The position numbers were made by a program, and so were the translations under genes. Shown here one piece after another: positions 7,599 through 14,899 of a stretch of DNA of 19,019 bases (its first letter is position 1; each line of letters opens with the position of its first letter). Where the stretch lies: assembly GCA_963835065.1 (NCBI GenBank), contig CAWIEK010000018.1, positions 1 through 19,019 of the forward strand. The letters run 5' to 3'. The stretch is from an uncultured Chthonomonadaceae bacterium. GTDB taxonomy: Bacteria; Armatimonadota; Chthonomonadetes; Chthonomonadales; Chthonomonadaceae. The notes under the pieces were generated by a model. It was not told the DNA's origin and ran no database searches. It was given only the letters and a program-made list of their open reading frames with translations.

Positions 7599-10500
7599 AT
7601 GCACAAACGCAAATTCACGTCCACCCGGTTCACGTCCCGCACTGTGACCGCAGCCCTGCTTGCCGCTTCCGCGCCCGCCCTGTTGTCGCTGTCGGCCCAG
7701 GCAAGTCCCGCCGAAGGTCGCAGCGGCAGGCAATCCGCGTCCCATCGCGCTATGTCTGCCATGTTTCGCTCCGCCCCCGCGGTCCAGCCGTCTCTTAAAG
7801 GGGAGCCGATGCGCGTAGGCGGGCGCGTAACACTGACAAACGGCAAGCCGGCGGCAAACGCCCTAGTCTACATCACCTGTTGACAAAACAATGGCAAGCA
7901 GCCGTTCCAGAAGTGCGTGACCGACGCGAACGGCAATTTTACCGCTACGCTCCTCACGATGGGAACCGGCGATACCCGCCATCAGTCGGCGCTGACCGTG
8001 ACCGCGCTGCTGCCGGGTCAAGGCATCGCGTGGACACAGACCGCAAATGCCGCAGCCGCTTTGACCAATGTGCAATTGACCCTGCTTCCGATGGCGACGC
8101 TGGAAGGACGCCTGGTACATGCGGACGGTACGCCCGCCGCCAACGAGGAAGTGTACGTCCATTCCCTGTCGCCGCGCCAATGGGCGCGTAACGGCAGTCA
8201 TGCGGCTGCTACGAAGAATGGCAAAGCGGTTTCACGCCTGATGGCGGGGCAGCAGGGCAACAACATCATGCTGCTGCCCCTCCTGCCTGCCGATGCGCTT
8301 GCAACGCTGTTTCGCGCCAAAACGGACGCAAGCGGCAAGTTCACGCTTTTGGGCGTCCCGCAGGCGACCACTATCGCGCTCAAACCCGCCGGCAAACTCG
8401 CAATGGCGTCCGGCAGCGTCAACTCGTTTGTGGTTGAGGAGCGGGAACGGCAAAGCGCGGGCGTGTTTGTGGCGACTGCCACCGCCCGCGTCAAGGTGCG
8501 CGTCACGAACCCAATCACCCGTCAGCCCGTACGGCAAGCGTTCGTTTCCATTGCCAACGTGGACATGATGCAGAACATAGCGATGCAGCAGCAGCTTGGC
8601 GGCCATAATGGCCGGGGCTTCAAGACGGACGCAAAAGGGGAAATGACCTCGCCCGAACTGCTGCCCGGCGATTACATCGTCAACGTGTCCGGCTGCTTGA
8701 AGAAAGTGCATGTGGAACCGGGGCAGGCGATTGCGCCCATAGAAATCGCCGTTCGCCAGGGGCTACTGCAGGGACGGCTGCTGGATAACAGCGGCAAGCC
8801 GGTTGCCAATACGGAAGTGCGAATCGCAACCGCCGTCAATGGCGGCGGGATGTTTGGGTTCACGGGCAACGGCTTTGATGGCGGCTTCAGTAACCCTGTG
8901 TTCGACCAGCCCACGTTTTTCATGGACGGCGGTAGCACGGCTGTCGTGTCCAATGGCGCGGGCAACAGTTTCTTTACGGATGCCCTGCCTTCCATCACCA
9001 CGCGCACCGGCCCGGACGGACGGTTCGCTTGTCCCAACATTCCCTGGGGCAGCCCGCAGGTGCGGATTTGGGCGACGAAGGGCAACGACCTTGCCGAATG
9101 GAGCGGGCCTGCCAATCAAATCAGCGCCGGCTTCACCTTGAAGATGCGCCGCAACGCGCTGGTCACGGTTTCCGGCAAGCTAATAGACCCCGACCATCGC
9201 CCGCTAACCAATGTAACGTGCAAGGCGCTGCATTGGCTGGCGACGCCCCGCTTTACATGGTTCAGCACGGCCCGCGACGTGAAAACGGATGATGAAGGCA
9301 ATTTCACCGTAGACGGGCTGGAGCGCGGCGAATCATTTTCGCTGATTACCTTCGGCCAGCAGCAGCAGTTTAGAAACAATGTTATCATGGCGGAAGATGG
9401 TTCCGTCACAATGAACACCGCGCCCGCCTCCGGCGCGGGGAACGCCGCGCCCGCCATCCTGCAGGCCGGCGGCGTTCAATTCGCGCTGCAAACCCTGAGC
9501 GGCAAGCGGGATTTGGCGCAGCAGATGGCCGCCATTCACCCGGATTTTGAATCGCCCCGCTTCCTGACGTGCGCGGCGGGCGACGGACAGAACCTGGGCG
9601 ACGTGATGGTGCATCCGCAGGAAACGCCCGACCAGGTGCTGCAAAGTTATGGCGGCTCGTTCGGCGATCCCAACCCGCTGCCCGGCGTTGTCACTGCCCC
9701 CGCGCCCGGTGAAGTGCAGTCCGCCAAAGCTGCGCTGGCCCGCTATGAAAGCGCGATGCAGGCCGGTGACATCAACGCGCTGGCCGAACTCACATCCCGC
9801 GTTTCGCTAGGCTGGTCGCCCACGCGCCGGAAGTTCCTGCAGCAAGTGAGTCTAAGTGGCAGGTCTAACACCAGCAACACGCCGGACACGCTGGCGCTGA
9901 AGTTCGTGCCGCGCCGCGCCATTTCCACCCTGCTGCAAATGGCCTCCCCGGAAGCGGGCGTAGGACGACTCGCAGCCGAAGCGGACGCCGACCACAACTG
10001 GGTGTTTCTGACGCAGCAGGCGTCCAATAAAAACGTGATGCTGGCGGGTATCCTGCACCGCGAAGAGGGGCAATGGCGCGTCGTTTCCAATCCCTTCTTC
10101 AACAGAGCCGAAGGCTTGCAAATGATGGACGGCAATGCACTCGGAATTGGATCGAACAAGTGGAAGCTGGCTGCCAACCCCCTGACGCCCGCCCTGCAGG
10201 AAAGCGCGCAGCAGATGGGCGAACGGTACTTGCAGGCATGGCGCGGCGCGGATCGGGATCAGATGCGGCGTCTCACAGCGTCCTCGGCGTCCCTGCCGAC
10301 CCAAAACCTCGCGCAGTTCCGGCATGCGCTCGAACGCCGCGCGGACGATGGCGTGTGCCCGCTGGCAACGGACGAGAAGATCGTTTTGGAACCTGTCAGC
10401 AACCTCACGCTGTGGGATCAGGACTGGCTCAAGCACCTTGCCGGTTTCAACAATGGACAGTTCAACGTTGAACAAACGCAGTTGGGACTTTCCCGAACGG

Positions 10501-10679
10501 TTGGCGATGACACTTCGGCGCTTGCCGCGCTCATGGAAGACAAGCTACCGCCGGAGAAACTCGCGCCCGGCAACGACACGGCCTTCTTGCGCTACACGGC
10601 GCAGGGGCGGAACTTCCTGATGGTTCTAACCCGCCACAACCACCAATGGCAGATGCTGGAACCGGCGCTTCCCCTGTGA
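7599..10679 (+). CDS. Large secreted protein (~1026 codons): signal peptide, several carboxypeptidase-regulatory-like repeats and two C-terminal NTF2-like domains; interrupted by one in-frame TGA at 7881-7883 (recoded or pseudogene)
   Basis: GGAGGA RBS, ATG 7599 and signal peptide ending AQA. ORFs 7560-7883 and 7917-10679 are in the same frame, and the first repeat (GRVTLTNGKPAANALV...TDANGNF) spans the TGA. Further repeats are GRLVHADGTP, GRLLDNSGKPV and GKLIDPDHRPL. Confidence 0.8.
7901..7934 (+). promoter_or_regulatory. Candidate bacterial SECIS-like hairpin downstream of the in-frame UGA
   Basis: GCCGTTC/GAACGGC lower stem, 7-nt bulge, GCGT/ACGC upper stem and loop GACCG starting with G, 35 nt after the UGA. 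Confidence 0.2.
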
Positions 10680-10698
10680 GAAATGGCTAACAGGGGTT

Positions 10699-10766
10699 CG
10701 TAAATGTATAACTTCCCGTTTGCATAGGTTGGTATTCCTATCGTTTCGGGAAGTTATACATTTGCG
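10699..10766. repeat. 20-bp inverted repeat with internal hairpin (MITE/REP-like element or bidirectional terminator)
   Basis: CGTAAATGTATAACTTCCCG (10699-10718) versus CGGGAAGTTATACATTTGCG (10747-10766), 19/20 complementary, with inner ATAGG/CCTAT. Lies between convergent genes. Confidence 0.75.
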
Positions 10767-10838
10767 GGACTAAGCGCCCGCGCGTCGAAAATTCGTAGAT
10801 TTTCGAGGTAGCATAGCATAACAAATCTCGCTTGCGCG

Positions 10839-11435
10839 CTACCGAAGCATGGACAGTACAATCCCAACAATCTTTTCCACATCCGCGAGGAAGTAAATGT
10901 CACTGTCTGCCGTTGCATCGGTTCCCTCAAGGCGCAGAAACTTCCACTCCGTTCCCGAAGTCACAACACCATAGAGCGTTGGGATAGAATGCCCCTGCGC
11001 CGCGTTGAACATCTGCGCCGCAACCAGTTCGGCGAGACACTGCGGAATGCCCGCATTGATGTCCTCTTTCTTCGCCTCGACAACAGAGACAATGGGAGCG
11101 AGAATATAGGGAGTGTGCGGAGAAAGAGTAAACAGATAGTCACAGAAGCCCGCCAATCCCCGCTTTTTATCCATGTTGAACTCGATGCCGGAGAACAGCG
11201 TGGCGCGATCCTGTGCCTGTTCGTAAACTTCCGTCAGGATGGGGGCAATAAAATATTCGGAACGGGCTTTTTCGCTTCCGCTTCGTAATGCGGTTTCGCG
11301 ATTTCTTGCCAGTATCTGGCGCAGCAGATCGGAGACAGGAACAGGCGGAATGCCGGCGAACAGCCCTGATCTATCCGTGATTGCCAACTGATAATCCTGC
11401 CGCAGTTGGTTCATCGTGAATTTATTGTATGCCAT
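10839..11435 (-). CDS. PD-(D/E)XK restriction-endonuclease-like protein (HsdR N-terminal-like family common in cyanobacteria/Chloroflexi), paralog 1
   Basis: SEKARSE..IAPIL, GFCDY, VVEAKK, QCLAELVAAQ and YGVVTSG..WKFL motifs; RBS GAGGA. Confidence 0.8.
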   Translation of the reverse strand: MAYNKFTMNQLRQDYQLAITDRSGLFAGIPPVPVSDLLRQILARNRETALRSGSEKARSEYFIAPILTEVYEQAQDRATLFSGIEFNMDKKRGLAGFCDYLFTLSPHTPYILAPIVSVVEAKKEDINAGIPQCLAELVAAQMFNAAQGHSIPTLYGVVTSGTEWKFLRLEGTDATADSDIYFLADVEKIVGIVLSMLR

Positions 11436-11477
11436 CTGGCGAGTTCCTCAACAACAGATTTTCTACAGATTTCCTTG

Positions 11478-11483
11478 AGTATA
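11478..11483 (-). promoter_or_regulatory. Putative sigma70 -10 box (TATACT) for paralog 1
   Basis: AACAGGGTATACT on the minus strand mirrors AACGGGTATAAT upstream of paralog 2; no clear -35 box. Confidence 0.4.
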
Positions 11484-11514
11484 CCCTGTTAATGGAAGGC
11501 AAGAGGACAACCCC

Positions 11515-11609
11515 CGCCGGACAGCCTGCGCCCCGTCCACTGCCTCGCGCCCTGCCGAGCCAATACCGTTTCGCCAACTCACACATGAAAAAAGCGTCGG
11601 CCCCGCTCG
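11515..11609 (+). repeat. Intergenic direct repeat, copy 1
   Basis: Core TCGCGCCCTGCCGAGCCAATACCGTTTCGCCAACT at 11545-11579; ~90% identical to copy 3 over 11524-11609. Confidence 0.92.
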
Positions 11610-11650
11610 GCCTATGCGCTCCTGCTTTCCACTGCCGCCAGGAGAACGGG

Positions 11651-11656
11651 TATAAT
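11651..11656 (+). promoter_or_regulatory. sigma70 -10 box for paralog 2
   Basis: Perfect TATAAT 31 nt upstream of the ATG, followed by a GGGAGGAG RBS. Confidence 0.6.
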
Positions 11657-11687
11657 CGAAGCAATCTATCCGGGAGGAGTTCGTCAC

Positions 11688-12284
11688 ATGGCATACAACA
11701 AATTCACAATGCAGAAATTGCAGCGAGATTACGGAATTGTCGAAACGGTGCAGGATGCCCTTTTCTCTCACGTCCCACCCGCTCCCATTTCCGACTGGTT
11801 GCGTGATGCCCTCAAACGCCAAACCGATTTCGCTCTGCGTAGCGGAAGCGAGAAAGCCCGATCCGAATATCTCATCGCCCCAATTCTTTTGGAGATTTAC
11901 GAGCAGTCGCAGGATCGGGCGAGTCTGTTTTCGGGCGTCGAGTTCAAGGTAGACGAGAAGCGTGGATTGGCGGGATTCTGCGACTTTATTTTCACCCTTG
12001 CACCGCACAAAATTTCTATCCAAGCCCCGATTATCTCTGTCGTCGAAGCAAAGAAAGAAGACATTCTGAAGGGTATCCCACAATGCCTCGCCGAACTCGT
12101 TGCCGCGCAAATCTACAATTCTGCTGAAGGACGCGCCATTCCCACACTCTATGGCGTCGTCACGACGGGCGACATCTGGAAGTTTCTGTGCCTACAGGGA
12201 ACTGCCGCAACAGTGGACAGCGACCTATATTATCTCACTGATGTTGAAAAGATCGTCGGCATTATCCTCTCCATGCTCCACTAA
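11688..12284 (+). CDS. PD-(D/E)XK restriction-endonuclease-like protein, paralog 2
   Basis: Same motifs and same length (198 aa) as 10839-11435; about 69% aa identity by my manual count (136/198). Confidence 0.8.
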   Translation: MAYNKFTMQKLQRDYGIVETVQDALFSHVPPAPISDWLRDALKRQTDFALRSGSEKARSEYLIAPILLEIYEQSQDRASLFSGVEFKVDEKRGLAGFCDFIFTLAPHKISIQAPIISVVEAKKEDILKGIPQCLAELVAAQIYNSAEGRAIPTLYGVVTTGDIWKFLCLQGTAATVDSDLYYLTDVEKIVGIILSMLH

Positions 12285-12293
12285 CGCCCAACT

Positions 12294-12376
12294 CGCTGGA
12301 CAACCCGCGACTCGCCTATGGCATCGCGCCCTGCCGAACCAAAACCGTTTCGCCAACTGATATGCAAAAAAGCGTC
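12294..12376 (+). repeat. Intergenic direct repeat, copy 2
   Basis: Core TCGCGCCCTGCCGAACCAAAACCGTTTCGCCAACT at 12324-12358, followed by AAAAAAGCGTC as in the other copies. Confidence 0.92.
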
Positions 12377-12403
12377 TACCGCTTTATGCCTCTCTCGCTG
12401 CTG

Positions 12404-12412
12404 TGGTATAAT
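12404..12412 (+). promoter_or_regulatory. Extended -10 promoter (TGnTATAAT) of the TA operon
   Basis: TGGTATAAT upstream of the AAAGGAGG RBS and ATG 12434. Confidence 0.65.
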
Positions 12413-12433
12413 GAGCCAAAGGAGGCGCAAGTC

Positions 12434-12667
12434 ATGTATCAAATCACACTCGATGAAGCCACCGAACGCTTGCCGGAATTGGTACGCGAACTCAAACAAG
12501 GCGATGAGATTATTCTGATGGAAAACGAAATGCCTCTGGCACGTCTTCTGCCGCTGGAACCGCAACTGCCACGCCCGCAAGCACAACGCGGCAGCCACAA
12601 AGGAGAAATCCTGTACATGGCTCCCGACTTTGACGCCACACCGGAAGGTTTCGAGGATTATCTGTGA
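12434..12667 (+). CDS. Phd/YefM-family antitoxin (DUF2281-like C-terminus), 77 aa
   Basis: MYQITLDEA..RLPEL...GDEIIL...PLARL and RGS.KG...MAPDFDA motifs; strong RBS; TGATG coupling to the toxin. Confidence 0.88.
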   Translation: MYQITLDEATERLPELVRELKQGDEIILMENEMPLARLLPLEPQLPRPQAQRGSHKGEILYMAPDFDATPEGFEDYL

Positions 12668-13053
12668 TGCCGCTCATCCTTGACAGCCATTCCCTGCTCT
12701 GGTTCGCCGATGACGATCCGCAGTTACCCGCTTCCGCCAAACTCCTCATCGAAGACCCCAACAACACCAAATACGTCAGCCTGATGAGCATTTGGGAAAT
12801 CGCCATCAAATCGGCAAGCGGCAAACTCAAGTTGAAACGGGAAGCAGGCGTTTATCTTGCCGATGTCATGGCAAAGAACGGCTTCCTCCTGCTGAATCCA
12901 ACCTACGACCATGCCATTCTTGCGGCCAGTTTGCCCCTGCACCACAAAGATCCCTTTGACCGTTTCCTCATCGCCCAGAGTTTGCATGAGAACATGGCAA
13001 TCATCAGCGCAGACGAGATTTTCGACGCTTACAGCGTAGCGCGCATCTGGTAG
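12667..13053 (+). CDS. vapC: VapC-family PIN-domain ribonuclease toxin
   Basis: ILDSHSLLW, SIWEIAIK..SGKL, LPLHHKDPFDRFLIAQ and ISAD motifs; alternative GTG start at 12664. Confidence 0.92.
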   Translation: MPLILDSHSLLWFADDDPQLPASAKLLIEDPNNTKYVSLMSIWEIAIKSASGKLKLKREAGVYLADVMAKNGFLLLNPTYDHAILAASLPLHHKDPFDRFLIAQSLHENMAIISADEIFDAYSVARIW

Positions 13054-13073
13054 CTACACCGCCCCACCCGCAG

Positions 13074-13164
13074 CCGAACGCCCGCGCCCCGCCCACCGCC
13101 TCGCGCTCTGCCGAACCAAAACCGTTTCGCCAACTCACACATGAGAAAGCGTCGGCCCCGCTCG
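13074..13164 (+). repeat. Intergenic direct repeat, copy 3
   Basis: Core TCGCGCTCTGCCGAACCAAAACCGTTTCGCCAACT at 13101-13135. Confidence 0.92.
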
Positions 13165-13187
13165 TGACTCGGGCAGACGCTTTTCTC
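13143..13187. terminator. Probable bidirectional intrinsic terminator overlapping the 3' part of repeat copy 3
   Basis: GAGAAAGCGTC.GCCC-loop-GGGC.GACGCTTTTCTC stem between convergent transcription units. Confidence 0.65.
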
Positions 13188-13234
13188 GTTTGGAGGTTGT
13201 TAGGCAAAATTATGCCTTACGCCTTGATGAGACG

Positions 13235-13339
13235 CTACTCCTTCGCTCCTGCCTTCTTGAGTTTTTGTACCAATGACGTATCTTTGTTGCGTGTAGCGAG
13301 TTTCAGGGCTGTCATACCACTGCTCGCTTTGAGATTCAC
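13235..13339 (-). pseudogene. 3' remnant of an ankyrin-repeat gene (34 codons)
   Basis: Translates as VNLKASSGMTALKLATRNKDTSLVQKLKKAGAKE*, matching a terminal ankyrin repeat (VN....G.TAL..A......V..L...GA). An in-frame stop lies just upstream. Confidence 0.75.
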
Positions 13340-14694
13340 AAACTATATCCGGCCCGATATGTGGGCTTGATAATGGACGCGACGTTTCCGGCGTTTTTAG
13401 CGCGGAGATGCTTGGCGTCCCATTCCACTTTGGGACCCTTGCCCGTGTCGGCGGGCCACACGGCGAGGTTGCCGAGCAGGATGGTTTCGGCTAATGGCCC
13501 CGCGTAATTGGGGAAGTTGGACATGGCCGGTTCCGCGTTGTTGGTGCGGATGGCGCGAATAAATTCCTCCCAGTGTCCGGGCGAAACGGGGAACGGCACA
13601 TCGCCCACGTCCGAACCGCCTATGAAATGTCCGCCCGCGCCGCCGTCACCCGGCGAGTACAATTTGCCCTTTGATCCCACGAACAGCGATCCGCTTTCCG
13701 GCAGTTTGCCCTCGTTCAGCAGGTCGGCAAAACCCGCGTCCTGAAACAAGTCTATGGACGGACGGTTGCCGCCATCATACCACGTCAGCGTGACGGGCGC
13801 GCGATCTCCCAATGTGCCGAACTCATACACAATGCGGGACGCTTTGGGGTAACTGTCCTTGTTGTGCGTGGATGTTTCGGCCTGTACGCTGAGAGGGTCG
13901 CGCAGGTTCAGCGCCATGAAGGGCAGGTTTACGTCGTGGCAAGCCATATCCCCCAACGCGCCCGTGCCGAAGTCCCACCAGCCGCGCCACTTGAAATCAT
14001 GGTAGTTGTCGCCATACGGCCGCATTTTAGCCGGGCCGATCCACAAATCCCAATCCAAATTGGCGGGAACGGGCTTGTCCGCGCTCCGCGCCACGCCCTG
14101 CGGCCAGATGGGGCGGTTGGTCCAGACGTGGACTTCCGTGACCGTTCCGATAGCGCCCGCGCGCACTTTGTAGGCGTTGCGGCGCATGCTGCTTTCGGCT
14201 GTGCCCTGATTGCCCATTTGCGTGGCGACTTTCATTTTGCGCGCCAGTTCGGACAGGTAGCGGACTTCATAGATGGAATGCGCGAGTGGTTTCTGACAGT
14301 ACACGGCTTTGCCCAGGTGCATTGCCATGGCCGCTGCGGGCGCGTGGGAATGGTCGGGGATGCTGACGGTCACGGCGTCTATCTGCTTGTGCATGTCGTC
14401 AAGCATTTTGCGCCAGTCCTGATACGGTTTGGCGTTGGGATATTTGGCTGCCGCCCTGTTGAGCGTGTTGGAATCCACGTCACAGATAGCGACCACGTTG
14501 CCGTGCGTATTGGCGTCCGCCGTGTCGCTGTCGCCCTTGCCGCCCACGCCGATGCAGGCGATGCCGATCTGGTTGTTGGGCGATTTGTTTTCCGGCTTGC
14601 CTTCCTGTCCCCAGGCGCGCTGTCCCACCCACACGCTGAACCCGCCGACAAGGGCGCTTTGCAGCAATTCACGCCGATTGGCTTTGATACTCAT
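13336..14694 (-). CDS. Tat-exported Gfo/Idh/MocA-family NAD(P)-dependent oxidoreductase, ~452 aa
   Basis: ATG 14694 after GGAGA. NRRELL twin-arginine signal, IGVGGKG Rossmann motif, PDHSH, YCQKPL, QMGNQ and GALGDMACH. Confidence 0.93.
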   Translation of the reverse strand: MSIKANRRELLQSALVGGFSVWVGQRAWGQEGKPENKSPNNQIGIACIGVGGKGDSDTADANTHGNVVAICDVDSNTLNRAAAKYPNAKPYQDWRKMLDDMHKQIDAVTVSIPDHSHAPAAAMAMHLGKAVYCQKPLAHSIYEVRYLSELARKMKVATQMGNQGTAESSMRRNAYKVRAGAIGTVTEVHVWTNRPIWPQGVARSADKPVPANLDWDLWIGPAKMRPYGDNYHDFKWRGWWDFGTGALGDMACHDVNLPFMALNLRDPLSVQAETSTHNKDSYPKASRIVYEFGTLGDRAPVTLTWYDGGNRPSIDLFQDAGFADLLNEGKLPESGSLFVGSKGKLYSPGDGGAGGHFIGGSDVGDVPFPVSPGHWEEFIRAIRTNNAEPAMSNFPNYAGPLAETILLGNLAVWPADTGKGPKVEWDAKHLRAKNAGNVASIIKPTYRAGYSL

Positions 14695-14719
14695 GATGAT
14701 TTCTCCAGAGGTTTTTAAG

Positions 14720-14761
14720 CAGCAACCGGTAAAGAATTTAGATGGTATATACCGGTTGCTG
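14720..14761. promoter_or_regulatory. Perfect 12-bp inverted repeat upstream of the oxidoreductase (operator or leader hairpin)
   Basis: CAGCAACCGGTA (14720-14731), 18-nt spacer, TACCGGTTGCTG (14750-14761). A TATACT on the minus strand lies at 14780-14785. Confidence 0.55.
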
Positions 14762-14899
14762 TGGGCGTATTTAGGCCACAGTATACTCGTTTGTCGCAGA
14801 TACGGCTTGTTTGTTACGCCATGATGCAGTCGTCTGGCAGTGTTGTTCGACAAGAACAGGCAAATTCCTCTATATTTCCTATGTGAAATCACTTTGGCT

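Noticed and set aside
10708..10757. loxP-like arms ATAACTTC...GAAGTTAT
   Set aside because: Only 8 of the 13 arm bases match and the spacing is far longer than loxP's 8-bp core.
11545..13135. CRISPR array interpretation of the three 35-bp repeat cores
   Set aside because: Spacers are ~745 bp and contain genes, similarity extends beyond the core, and there are no cas genes.
13095..13135. tRNA 3'-end (att site) origin for the repeat, suggested by ...TTCGCCA
   Set aside because: No T-loop GTTCRA at the right distance and no cloverleaf is recognisable on either strand.
12286..13205. Integron attC sites (GCCCAAC at 12286-12292, GTTAGGC at 13199-13205)
   Set aside because: The R'' and R' boxes are not paired within one repeat copy, copies 1 and 2 lack the palindromic right half, and no integrase is visible. 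IntegronFinder would settle it.
14695..14892. N-terminal extensions from the ORF track (also 7267-7440, 17445-17570, 1520-1711, 1890-2012)
   Set aside because: Better starts with an RBS, and in most cases a signal peptide, lie downstream; the extensions translate intergenic or pseudogene DNA.
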